64,000 nt of DNA from Psilocybe cubensis (lineage: Eukaryota): NCBI GenBank assembly GCA_017499595.2, contig CM039005.1:1178001-1242000 (forward strand), read 5' to 3'. Each line of letters opens with the position of its first letter. Position 1 is the stretch's first letter. Below the pieces are notes generated by a model that did no database searches, was not told the DNA's origin, and was given only the letters and a program-made list of their open reading frames with translations. The position numbers and the translations under genes are program-made. Positions 26,519 to 39,487 of this stretch are shown here, piece after piece.

Positions 26519-29370
26519 TCGGGGCAAAAATACCGTAGAGTTCGCAAGGCAGGGCGAACGTGATGTTGATTTTTGAATCCGTGGGACCACTCACACCGCG
26601 CGAGAGAGGGTCGGCAGGATTTCGTTCTGAAGGAATGTAAACGAGATCAGGAGTGATGAATATGGAAGAAAGAACGACACATGAACGACGAATGGAGTAA
26701 TTGATGTGGTGATTGGCACTACGACCTTTCCCCAAAGCACCAATAGTACCTTGGTTATCGGAGTGGATAATGAGACGGGAATTAGAGATACCCATGGCTT
26801 CAATAAAATAGACGGCAAGTTCGACGGCGACCGTCTCAAGCCAACAGATGTCTCTGCCCTCTTGCTTCCAGGTATGAACCAGCTGGAAAGCAGCCCATTT
26901 ACCGCCGATGCTGATTCCAATACCCCATGAAGTGCTCGCATCAACATAGATATCCATATCCACGGCCGGCCCTTGGCAAACGAGCTTTTGAGAAACCTCA
27001 GGGACTGAAAGGGTGGCAAGCCACCATTTCAAATCCGTGATAACGGAAGGCGGGGGGTAACGACAGACAAAGTAGTTGTCTTTGAAAGATGCTGCGAAGT
27101 TTGAGAGGGAAGGGAGATGTGAACGGCCCAGGGGATGAACAAAGGAGATATAGCATAAGGAGCCATGAAGCTTCTCGACGTCTTTGAGGAGGCAGCGATG
27201 ATTAGTGAAGTTTGAGATAAAAGAATTGACACGTGAAAGAAACTTCAATCTTTTGGCCTCAGGAAGAGAAACCGTGCGATTAGCGAGGTCCCAAAGAAGG
27301 CCAATGAATGTAGTTGAAGAGGAAAAGATTCGTGTACCCTTAGTAGGATGCCACGGTACATTGAGAGATTTGATGTGATTCATCATGGTGTCCCAGTCGT
27401 AGTCGTACCGAAAATTGCCATCAAAAAAAAGGCCGTCCGCCGAAGGTATCCGAAAGATGCTGATATCGTCTTCGTATTTAAGGATGGGAAGAATACCGGA
27501 GGCTATCCAGATGTCGACGAGCGCGTTTGCGATCATTCCAGCATTGCTGCTGGCACAAGCGGCACCAAAAGGGTGGACGTGATCAATGAAAAACTCTCCG
27601 TCACAAAGGCCTTGTACCACAAGCCAGGGTTTGTGGTCGGGTAGAACGGGACAGGTGCGATGAAAGCCCTTGATGTCGGCCGTGACTGCCTGAGCACCAT
27701 CGGGAAGAGAAGCAACCTGAAGGAAGTATGAGATTGGATTGAGAATGAGAGTGAGAAGAGAATGAGGCCAGAGGCCGTGAAAGACGGGGACGCGCGCCCA
27801 AGCGGAAGGATGTCATAGGAAAGACAGGGGACGGCCGCCCCAAGGCGAATGAAGAGTGTATGCAGAACACAGGTTTGCAGGAGAAAGACCATTGTGAAAG
27901 ACACAACCACCGGCCAAAGTGGGCTCGAAAGAGCTGGTGTAAGAAGTAGGGCCAAGGACTCACCATAGCGGCCACTCGGTTGGCGTAGTCGAAACGCGTA
28001 GGAAACTCTGATTTCCGAATGTATTGATTCACGGAAGGGGAAGATTTTGAGGATTTAGAAAGATGACGACAGACCCGAATTTTGTCGGGTTCGCCAGGCG
28101 CCTGAGGTTGGACCACGACAAGCAGTGGTGATACAAAGATGTTGCCCCGACAGATCCTTTTGCAGTCGTCCAGAGAAAAAGGGCCTGACATGCGTCCCGC
28201 GTCGACCTCTTCTTGGATGTACTCGTTGACGGCGTTGGGGTGATCATAGCAAGAGGGGTGGTTCTTGAAGATTGTTGTTTTTGCAAGTTCGGGCATGGGA
28301 CCTAGAGGGAATCCATTACGGAGATTGTTATCCTCAAGAAGCGCCAGTTTGCTCGAAAGAGCAGCGACTTCGGCCTTAGCAACTTGCGCCTGTTTGTAGT
28401 TCGAAACGGCATGATTGAAAGCACTTTCGTAATCGTTGACCGTATAACGGTGATTATGAGAACGAATGTCAGCGCGTAGCTGAATCTCGGCTCCCTGCCA
28501 GGCGGGAAAAAGAGCAACGGAGTCAGGACGGGTACTCCAGAAGGAGAAGTGTGCGACCCAGAGCTCTCCCCATTCCTTGTCCGCTGCGCGCTGGAACTGG
28601 AATTTGATGTATTGCTCAGTGGCCTGCGAATAATTACCGTAGTCGAGCAGATGATCCTTGCAGCCCAGCTTCTCGGAAAGCTTGTCTATATCAAGAATGT
28701 GAGTAGCCTTGGAGTCGGAAGAGAAGGAGTTGGTCTTTCTCGTAGGCAGATTTGCCAGATTGTCAATCATGTAACGCAGGTTAGCGTGAGTGAAGTAACA
28801 AAGAGGAAGAGGAACCATGTTTTCGGTAGTGAACATGATCTCGGGCAGCTTGAAAGAAGCTGGTGCCATGGGATCACGGACGGTTAAGGAGGCGCCTTGA
28901 ACGCACCTTCGTTTGGCGATTCTTTCTTCACTTTGTTGAATGGGATCCTTAGCGGCTTCGTCGAAGGACCGCTTGAGCTCCTTGTTTTGTTTGTCAACAG
29001 AGTCCAGCCATTGGATAATATAATCCGGCATGGATGCGATGAGTCTTTGAGCGATTGACGGTATAACTAGCTTAGCCTCATCCTCCGGAGAAAGCGTGAT
29101 GAAAGAAGACGCCGGAGAACCGGGAACCGGATTTTCTTCAGGGTTCAGACGGTGTTCAGCAGTTCTGTCGAGACGTGCAGCGTTTTCTTGTTCGATTTTT
29201 TTATTGCGAATGAGTTTGCCCTCCAAAGAGAGGCCATGAAGAGCCTCAATAGCTTCTGGAGAGATGTGAAGACGACGAAGAGGAGGATTAGGAGGAGGAG
29301 CTGGGTTGACAGGAGGGATCGGATTCGGAACAGGAAAAGGAGACGGCGCTCGATCAGCCTCATCAGCCAT
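26502..29370 (-). CDS. Gag-like/RT/RNase H polyprotein of the retroelement (intron 27717-27963)
   Basis: MADEADRAP... gag-like region, EEVDAGRMSGPF, KIRVCRHLS; after splicing ADIKGFHRTCP, HPFGAACAS, KYEDD (YxDD); RNase H YVDASTSWGIG, LETVAV, HSDNQG, NPADPLSRG. Confidence 0.88.
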
Positions 29371-30857
29371 ACTTAGAAAAACGAACGAAAAATTCAGGAA
29401 AAGCACTCGAAAAGGCTCGAGAGACGAGAGATGAGGAGAGGGCTGAGACTGCTTGAGGCGAGAGAGAGCCGAAAATTGAAAAGAGAAAATTGTAAGAGCT
29501 CGAACGAGTATATAGTCCACGATAAATTAGAGAAGCATTAGTGACTTGAAAAGCTTTCACGTCAGTCAAGACAATCATTGACTGTCTAGATGGTGATGGC
29601 AAGTAATGAAGATCTCAGGGGATATCCTTATCTCTCTCTTATCTTATCCGTAGATGAGTCCGGCTGCGCCCTCATCGTTGAATAACTTGAAGTTCCTTAT
29701 TCTGATTAGATGATCCTGTGGCAATTTCGATAGGTATTTGATGATCATTGTATACTTCTAGTCTTCCATATAGCTTCATTTCTACCTCCTACAATGTTGG
29801 ATGGAAAAGATCTCTGCGTTGGCTTTTCGAGTGTCCATCGATGTGTCCTTTACGGCATGAAATGACCGCTACGGATGTTGATCTTTGATTAGAATCCCTT
29901 GTTTGCCCCTCTTATAACTCCTGATTAACAACCGTTCTTTTCTTCCTACCACCACCACCGTCCATAACCCGCTGTGGCTCAAACTATTGCTATCTGTCGC
30001 TATCGGCGAAAACGAGAGAGGCATCAACGAAAGAAGGCTATGGCGCGTGGCGATCAATGCCTACTAATTATAGAAACCCCGCATACGCGTCGCAATTTTT
30101 TTCTGCGGTTCCAAGGTTTTGCAAGAGACTCTCATGCCAATATGCACCACCATTGTGTATCGCCGTGCGCCGTTCCTTCGATTGACGTACTTCATATTTT
30201 CTCCCTGGAAGGCTCAGCTGCGTGGGGCCAGGACCGGCAGGTGGAGCTCAACTGCATACATACCGAGTGGCGGGGACTTCAGGAGGTCTCCAGCACGGCT
30301 CGAATTCAACCTGACATCACCGGGTCAGAACAATCGGCGACAATATTCTACAGTATTGCAATCAACTCATTTTCTAGAATTCCTTTTCGGTTGCCCAAGA
30401 TCGACCAATGATGGCCAATAAACCAATACCGAGCCCGTCGACAACATCTGGGTCACAAGGAAAAATTCCGAGCAAATCTTGGTGCTGATGAAATTGGGTA
30501 GCGAATCATGATCAAAAGATATTCAGGCCACGTCTGACGACAATATCACACGCATTGGGCCAGCTTTCGTGCGAGGGACGCATTCAAGTCGTCTGGAATG
30601 ATAGATTTGGGTCCACTTTTGTCACAATGATCAAGGCGCGTTTGCTTGGCCCTGACACCAAGCTTGAACATTCTCTTGTTTGTGGACACTCTGGCTTCTG
30701 TTGGAGCATTACGCCTTCTTCGTAACTTCATAGCCTTGTCTCTGTCCTTATACCCCCTATACCCTTCGTCAACCTTCATTCGTTTCTCCCAAAGATTACA
30801 GCGCCTCAGCGCGTTCTATTGCCATTCATATCCCTGTAAAATCGTATATTCACCGTA

Positions 30858-33788
30858 ATGAGCCGCGCTCCTTTCGGCGGCCAAAATCATTCCGCTCAGA
30901 ACCTTTTGCCCACCGCTGGTCGACCCAACGTCAACGCGCCGCGTTCTAACCCTCCCCCTGTAATTAACCAGTTTAGTCGACAAGCTAAACGGAATTCCAG
31001 CTCCACTACCCATAGCAGTCCGTCAGAAAGTAATCATGGTCGATTCTCTACGGGTCATCCGGTAAGTATTTGAAGAATTGCTTTTAGATTCTTGGCTAAT
31101 GCTTAATTCATGAAAGCCTTCTTTATCAGACAAGGTATGATGGGTGCTTGAACCTCTCGTTTTACAACTTATCCAACCACTATCACACGTCCAGTTCTCA
31201 CTCTCGCCTGCTCCATCACAATGGGGAACTCCACTTCTCATGAATGCTTCCGAGCCCGACGACTATCTTCACAACCCCGACCCACGGAGAGATAGGAAGA
31301 ACGACTCAGGCGGCTCAATATTCACTGCTCGTGGACTAGCAAACCTAGGGTGCCTCACCCTTCTTGCAGTTGGGTGTCTGACTCTCTTGTATGTCCCATT
31401 TTGTTTATCTGGCAACTGTAAATTTGACCGTAACCGTTCTTTATAGTGCCGGTATGTACAAACCTTTTGCGATGATATCAATATAAACGATGTTACCAGG
31501 CTACCCGATTATTACCCACTATACGGAGAAGAAGCAGACAACTCAGGGGGGGTTCAACTTAGGGGGCACAAATGCTTCAGGACAGGTTCCCGAGCTGCCA
31601 GGAAATTATGGTCTAATTGACAAGGACACTCCCAAAGAGGCCTATACTTGGCCTTCCTACATCGATGGCGAGGACTTGGTTTTAGTCTTCTCTGACGAAT
31701 TCAACAGAGATGGTCGCACATTTTATCCTGGAGAGGATCCGTTTTGGGAAGCGGTGGACCTACACTACTGGGGCACAGTGAGTCCGGGCAACTACGTGAC
31801 TCAGACGATTATTGATGTATTGTCACAGAAAAATTTAGAGTGGTATGACCCATCTCAGGGTATGAGAAACCTTTTAAACCAATACAATAGCATTGTTCTC
31901 ATTCAACTATAAATCCAGCAACTACGAAGGGAGGAAATTTGGAATTACGAATGGATTTGACCCCTGACCGTTCAGTCAACCATAACATGTTGTATAAATC
32001 TGGCATGGTAGGTTGGCCCATATTGCAGTGTTTACTAGCATCTAACGAAAAACAGATCCAAACCTGGAATAAATTTTGTTTCACTGGAGGGCTACTTATC
32101 AGTGCGTATGCTCAGACCTTTTCTGTACATCATATTCAACGGATTTTTTTTTTTAGCAAACGTCCAACTTCCTGGATCAAGTGATGTTAGGTATATTTTG
32201 TCTCTGTCAATTTTCAATTTACTTTACTCATCGCTTCACACAGTGGTTTCTGGCCAGCTGTGTAAGTTCACTTTATCCTTGGATTCGAATTCCAGTTTGA
32301 TATCTAATGACAACATACAGTTGGTCTATGGGAAATTTAGGCATGTTTCATCGCAGAACTTATACCAACATTAGTGTTCTGACTCCTTGCTTCCAGGACG
32401 GGCAGGTTATGGTGCCAGTTTGGAAGGACTTGTTCGTGTCAATTTTTTTTGTTTGCGTCGTAATGCTAACTTTTCTCTAGTGGCCTTACAGTTACGACGA
32501 ATGCGACGTTGGAACTCTTCCCAACCAGACGTATCCCGGCGAAAGGAGGCCACTTGCTGCAGTCACTAACGGTGATCCTGAAGTTGGCGGAGAGTTGGTA
32601 AGAGAATATGATTCATCAAATCTTTAGGTCTAACTTTCTGATTCCATTCTACAGTCATATCTTCCAGGGCAACGGCTGTGTAGGTCTTCATAAGTTGTAG
32701 GATGTATGCGTGTTCTCATGTCGGTGTAGCTGCTTGCACGTGCCCAGGAGAGTCCCATCCAGGGCCTATGCGAAAAGATGGGTCTTACGTTGGTCGCGCC
32801 GCCCCGGAAATCGATGTCATCGAAGCGACCGTTACTGAGGGCATTGGACATGTAAGAGCGTCATTAAGACTGGAAGGATGTCTTGAGTTTAACCGTCATA
32901 TTCAGGTTTCATTATCAGCACAATGGGCACCCTTCAACGTATGCGGTTCCACTCTTCGCTGAAAGCATCTTGTTTAACAAATCAAACTTCAGGCCAGATA
33001 CCAGTTCCTCAATCAGAACACGAGCGCCAGTTTCGACGACCCAAGAAGGACAGTCCTCAACTCTTACCAAGGAGGTGGGTATACGTACAACGTTTACCTA
33101 TGACTTTGGGTGTTTACTCTACCTATTCCACAGGTCGATATCAACAGACAACTAGTGGATTGTCATTGACCAATCCCAATTGCTACGAAATTCCTGGTAC
33201 ATGCTTCGCTCTATACGGCTTTGAATATAAGCCTGGGTGCGTTTGTGATATTCTATACTGTTTCAGAGGTATGAACATAGCTTGCTTCAGGTTTGACGAC
33301 GCGTACATCACCTGGATCAACGAGGTTCGCGCTTGGACAATTCGCTCAGAAGCACTCTTGCCCGATACCGAGGTGGAGATTGGCCGTCGACTCGTCCCTG
33401 TTGAGCCTATGGTAAGTTGAATTTATCTATAATATTTTTTGTGACGTGCATGTTAACTCTTTCCTTAGTACCTTATTGCCAATCTCGGTATTTCTGAAGG
33501 ATTCGGTGAAATCGACGTCGGCTTGCAGCTACCTGCCATCATGAAAGTTGATTATATTAGGGTGTACCAGCGTAAAGACGAAATCAACGTCGGCTGCGAT
33601 CCCAAAGACTTCCCTACAGCCAAATATATCGAAACGTGAGGATTTTGCAACTACGTTTACCTGGCCGAATCGCACTGACGCACTGTTCCAGTTACAAAGA
33701 GGCATACACAAACCCAAACCTCACTGTTTGGGCAGATTATAAACAACCTTGGCCAAAGAACAGGATGGATCCCGGAGGGTGTACATAG
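30858..33788 (+). CDS. KRE6: KRE6/SKN1-family GH16 beta-1,6-glucan synthesis-associated protein, paralog 2
   Basis: EPDDYLHNPD, RGLANLGCL TM segment, [41 protein letters not shown], catalytic APEIDVIEA; ends PKNRMDPGGCT*. Confidence 0.93.
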
Positions 33789-34190
33789 TCCACTCTACGA
33801 GATATTTTTTGACGTGTTCTGCTTCGTGATCCCACAACCTACCAGCGTATCTTTTGCCTGTTACTTTGATAAGTAGAATTTTCGAGTTCAACAATTGCGT
33901 GCAGTGCCGCCGCGAGCGCTTGTGCTTTCCACTGTCATTTCCTAACTTACTTATTTTTAACACATATATGACGTATCATTTCTGATACTCTAATACAACT
34001 TCAAAATGCTCAATGTATTATAACATTTTTAGTAGAAAAATCTTTTTTACAAAAGGTCGAGCAGCTCTCTCTCTGTGTGTGTGGAAACGTATTACGTAAT
34101 AGTGTGAGCACATGCAACCTTTTTGTTCAACTGACGTTGTTTCCGCCGCGGCGAACTACAATCCACAGTTCGCCAAATTTGCATTCGACA

Positions 34191-36549
34191 ATGGACGTCG
34201 TAAGTCATTATTATCCGTATGTTCTGGATATATCCAAATCTACCTGCTAGGACGAGCCACAACCTACGCGATTTTCGCCATTCATCAACTTTTTCGACGT
34301 CAGCAACAACTTTCCATGGCAGGAACCGCGTCCAGAGCATATTCGGGATCGAAGAGCAATGATGGATGGTACACTTATATTCGATATTCTCCTCGACGCC
34401 GGCGGGATTGATGCTTCATATATGCTGTACCCTCCCGAAAGCCAGGAAGGCTTGCAGAAATTGCTGGATGCCATCGAATCATCCCAATACGATATACTGA
34501 AGAAGGATTGCCTGGTGTATTTTCTGCTCAAATGGCATCAGGATGGGCGAGAGCGCAACTTTGCCCTGCAGAGGTGCATTCCGCCCCAGTTCTCTTCGCT
34601 TGCCGACGCGTATTGGCATCTTGACACGGGTATAAATGTTGGAGTAAGTACAATGTCCCTATTTAGTGACCCGCCGACGACGTCGTTGACACATAAAACA
34701 GAAAGCCGTTGCCCTCCTCTCTGACTCGCGTCTCAATCGAGATTACGCGTCCAAAATTATTCGCGCAATCTCCCTTTCGCCAGATTCGGCTACACTCATT
34801 CGGAAATATGTTCAGACAGCAAAGCCACAGCTCGTCGAACCACTGGACTTGGAGCAGTATGCAATCGCACTGGCTGAGTCAAGCGTTATGGAGGCCTGGC
34901 AGTTTTTGCGCACCTTCAACGAGAACGAAACAGATAACATGCGTGCACGGTTGTTCAAGAAAGTCTTAGCGTGGGCGGTTTCTCGTACGTTGTTCGCGTA
35001 TACTATGTTTCACTGAGCTCTCATAATCTTTTAACTTACAGCTGCACCTCGTCCCTCTGCTTTGAAGGAACTCCTCACATTGCCACTCGCTGAATTTGAA
35101 GAATCTGTCCTTTGGGCGTTTGCGGAAAAACCGCCTTCGGACCTTCTCAAATTCCCTGAACAAGCGATTCTACAAGACCTTGTATGCGTTCGGCTTATCC
35201 AGGCAGGGCGGTACTCCGATGCTATCAAGAGAGATCGCATTTTCGCGTCCACAACCTCAGCAAAGAACCTCAGAATCACACAAGATCGTTCAAAAATGGT
35301 CAATGAAGTCTATGCGGCTCTGACACCTATTGAGCGATCCCTCTTGGATCTGGAGCTTGACCCTACTGTTGAAAAGCAACCTCCATTGGCTCCCAAGCCT
35401 TCATCTCCCCCAATGCGTAGACAGGCAGCAGCTCAAGAGCCACAAGACACTTCTTTATCTCAGTCATGGGAAGACGTGCAAATGCCGGATTCGCTGCTTA
35501 ATAAATCGACATCATTGCGCGAAGTTCGCGTACCTGTCACTCCAAACTTTGGAGGACCATCCAAACCATCGACACCTGCAACTCGACCGCCAGTCATTCC
35601 CATCAACTTCAGCAATGGTGTTAGCAGCTCAACCGCGAAAAATAATAATAATCCTCTGGCTTCTTCCCACCTCGGTTCCTCGCAGCTGCGCAATTCTTTG
35701 AGCGGTGTGGGGAGTCGTATGGCTTATGGAAATACGTCTGCAATTGCCTCTCCAGCCAGTGGCATTAAACTGCCAACTGTACCTGCACCGTCATCTCACA
35801 ACCAAACGCCTGTGTTTGTATCGGCTTCTAGACAACCGAACGCGTTCTATCAGCCCCCGCCAGAAAAAACCAACGGTGTACAACCTACTTTTGAGGAAGA
35901 TGTCACTAGTAGCCCTGAACGCCCTGATACTTCTATGAACACAGAACAAGATGTTGAGATGGAACCTGAAAAAGAAGACCAGCACGAGGATGGCAAGCGA
36001 AGAGGAAGGAAGAGCATTGTTTCAGATAATGGAGATGCTGAAGAAAATACTCTTCAGTTTTCCGTGTTTGGAGCCAAAGAAACCGACAAGGCAGAAGGTT
36101 CTACCGCGAAGAAGGGCATGCGCAAAGCGCCGCCTGGCGATTTTATGTCAGACGAGGACGATGCCATGGAGGAGGACCAGGATGTGTCTACCTCCAAAAA
36201 GCGAACTTCTAGAACTACTACTCGCTCAAGCAAATCATCTAAACCTCCTGCAAAGAAACCTCGACAGACGAAGGAACCGAGAACTATTCCAGGTGGTATA
36301 ATGGAAGATGGGGACTTGGACGAAGGAGATGATGAAGTTGCTCCTTTGCGCGCACCATCTCCGAAGAGAACGGCCCGTAAGCCACGTTCGTCCGCATCCG
36401 TGGAATCAACGATGGACGACGGAGAGGGCGTACAGACTAGGAGGCGGTCGTCGCGATTAACAACTGGTGGAGGTAGCACTCATGGTGGATCGCCTGAACC
36501 CAAGGTAAAAAAGACATCTCGAGCCAGCGGCGGTAGGAAGAAACGGTAG
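34191..36549 (+). CDS. ELYS-domain nuclear pore assembly protein with disordered charged C-terminus
   Basis: LIFDILL...LYPP...LQKLLDAI...DILKKDCLVYFLLKW...IPPQFSSLADAYWHLD resembles the fungal ELYS helical domain; basic NLS-like end GGRKKR*. Confidence 0.75.
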
Positions 36550-37340
36550 TCCTGCTTCGAGTTCAATTTCTGTCGTTGGATTTCTCTTCCTGGTTTGTGT
36601 ATATATGGCCACATATACTTATCTACTGTTTTTTTCCCTTTACTATGTTCTGTGTTTTTCAGTTCTGTATGCTATTACATAACGGGATATAGGGTGTATG
36701 CCGTCATTCCCATTGGCAAGTCGCATATGTCTACAACGATCGACTCAGCGTTATTACTGTCAGTTTTCGGAAAGTCGTATCTTCATCGATCACCCCGGTG
36801 CAATCATTATCACTTGATTACCACCGATCTAGCCAGTACCTGCCAGCACTTGGCCTCGTTGAACGTGGAGGCCTAGCATATTACAAGGCACTTGATCGCG
36901 ACATGAACGCGGTGACGAAAGACAAGCGTAACTTGGGACGGCTGAATTCGTAGCCCTCAGCGTTCAACATTTCCTAAGTGGTCCGCACCTCCCTCATCAG
37001 TGTGCTGGGTCTGTTCTACTATTATATGGATCCCGGTGTTGCTTGGCCTCTGGCTTGGTTCATTCGGTTCCATTTTATGACCTTTTATGTCACTTCATTC
37101 AGAGCCAATGAAGCCAAACGAGTCCAACGATCAACATCGTGTTGTTGTATTCAAACGCGCCAAGGCCCTGCGTTGGCCAAGATGAGCACCGCCTTTCTTC
37201 GTTTGTTCTCTTGGGACAAGGCTTATTCCAACTCACTTCGAACCTCTTAGAACGATCTAGTGCTTATATACGTAGGCTTGCAGCCGGACATTGTTCGCCA
37301 CTCGTAGCACCGTTCTCAACTGTGAAACTATCAAGCCAAC

Positions 37341-39085
37341 ATGCGACCGGTTTCCTTAGGGGTCGCGCTTTCTATCCAACTCTTTTCGGCGCAGCTTGGG
37401 CTGTTGTCAGCTAATGCCTACGACATTGTAAAAGATTACTCAGGCGCCACGTTTTTCGACGGGTTCCACTTTTACGGGAGTTACGACAACTTGACCTCTG
37501 GTGAGATTTTGCAACAACTTGATTTTGTTCATGCAATCCTTCTGACATTCTAAGCGTAGGTGATGTGGACTACGTTACCAGAGAGAATGCCACAGCCAAA
37601 AGACTTGCGTTCGTCAATGGTGAGGGACGTGCTGTCATGAGAGTAGACAACGCTACCGACACAATTTATCTGGAAAAGCGAGAATCTGTGAGCCCCTGTG
37701 TCCATTTCATATCACTTCATTGATTTAAGAGGCCCTTGCTACAGGTAAGAATCGAGAGTAGACTTTGGTATGGCCCGGGAACTCTGTGGATAGCAGACAT
37801 TGTCCATATGCCCTTTGGTTGTTCGGTATGCAGATATCCAATTAATCTAAAGTTTAATAAGCATCTTGCTAACCTTCGGGATAGGTATGGCCAGCACTAT
37901 GGACTACTGGTAAAAACTGGCCAGATGATGGAGAAATCGAGTAATGTTTTTATTTGGTTTGGTCCGTTAAATTAGCGCTGACATACTGTGCAAGTATTAT
38001 CGAAGGCATTAATCTTATGGAAAACAACCAAGTGGCTCTCCACACCACTCCTGGATGCATGCACATAGACCCTCCTCCACCCAATCAACGTGGTGTTTCA
38101 CGGCAGCTGAACTGCACGATTGATGCTGGATGCACAGTTGGGGAGACTGCACCCAACAGCTTTGGTGCCGGGTTCAATGCTGCTGGAGGAGGTGTATATG
38201 CAACTCAATTCGACGAGAGCGGGTGAGTTTTTTTTTTATCTATCCATTTCTAAAAGTCAATTTACCTTGCCTTCAGAATCTAGTAAGAAATCCAGGCCTT
38301 CATATTATAATAGGGCAAATGACTCATCTCTTTATTTCTTGTTATTAGCATCTGGTTCTGGAGTGTAAGTCTAGTCATCTTTCTGGACTGCCATTCGCAT
38401 TAAAACATGCCGTCTTTCTTATACAGCGTCCTAACATTCCTAAATCCATCCTTGAAGCCACGTCGACGTCATCCATCACCAGTTTAGACGATTGGGGCCC
38501 TGCTACAGCGAGCTACCCTTCCGGCCCTCACTGCGAAATTACCAAGTTCTTCAAGGCCCAGAAAATTATCATCAACATTACGCTTTGCGGTATCTGGTAA
38601 GCGCGCTTACAAACTATCTTCTGCGAGTATCGTAATAACATCCTATATCTCTCTTTTAGGGCAGGAAATCCTGAGTTTTACACCCCCCAATGCGGTAACC
38701 AAGGAGTAACTGGATTATGCGTAAGTCTATTACCCATCCTTCGTCGAGACAATTTGTTTCAATGGCTTATGCTCTACATTTATAGTACAACGACAACGTG
38801 GTTGGCTTTGGGACCGCCCGTAAATATGACAACGCGTACTTTGAGTTCAACTATCTACGAACATACACCAATGGCCAGGCTCAAGTCTTCGACCCAGATG
38901 TTGACTCAGATACCAGCCCGAGCTCATCTAGCGGTACTCGTTCCCCACCAAGCTCGACAGGAAGCAGCGGTGCAAGTTCGACTAACACCCCAGGTACCAG
39001 CGCTGCGTCTGGACTACAATCTTTTGCCGCTAAAGGATTGGCCAGCGTCGCTGGTGCAGTCAGTCTGGCATTATCTATGCTGTGA
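37341..39085 (+). CDS. Secreted, probably GPI-anchored GH16 endo-1,3(4)-beta-glucanase (Lam16A-like)
   Basis: Signal peptide; HMPFGCSVWPALW, WPDDGEIDIIEG (ExDxxE), FGAGFNAAGGGVYA, NITLCG; Ser/Thr-rich stalk and hydrophobic C-terminus. Confidence 0.9.
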
Positions 39086-39487
39086 TTGTTCTTGAACATT
39101 ATTATAATGGATGTTTACGTTTATATGCCCTACAGATTGCTATTTTGACCCTCTTCTATTAGAGCCTTTTGCTCGCTTCTGTTGGACAATATCCCTTCTA
39201 TACCATTCATACTAGAGGATTAATGTACGCAGTTTATGGACAATCTTAACGATATTACCACCTTAAAATCCGCACTCGCCATAACATAAGACTGCAGCAT
39301 AATTCATATGCAGCCAAAAGTGGTAAAAAAGAAAAGGAATTTTTGAATGCATACATACTTATCCTAAGCCATGTCTCTATTTGCCAGGTCGATGGCGAGC
39401 AATCCGAATGACATGAATTAATCCGTCCTCCGAACAATAACCTCCACAATATGCACCACATTTTTCATTCGTTTGATAGACCTGCAC

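Larger units (their letters stand above)
24726..29520 (-). mobile_element. Tyrosine-recombinase retrotransposon (Ngaro-like), probably defective; ends not defined
   Basis: Order gag-like / RT / RNase H / tyrosine recombinase on one strand; no methyltransferase domain after RNase H, which favours Ngaro over DIRS; no terminal repeats seen. Confidence 0.9.

Noticed and set aside
24300..30000. LTRs, DIRS-type inverted termini or split direct repeats for the retroelement
   Set aside because: Visual comparison of both flanks found no matching segments; a computed dot-plot is still needed.
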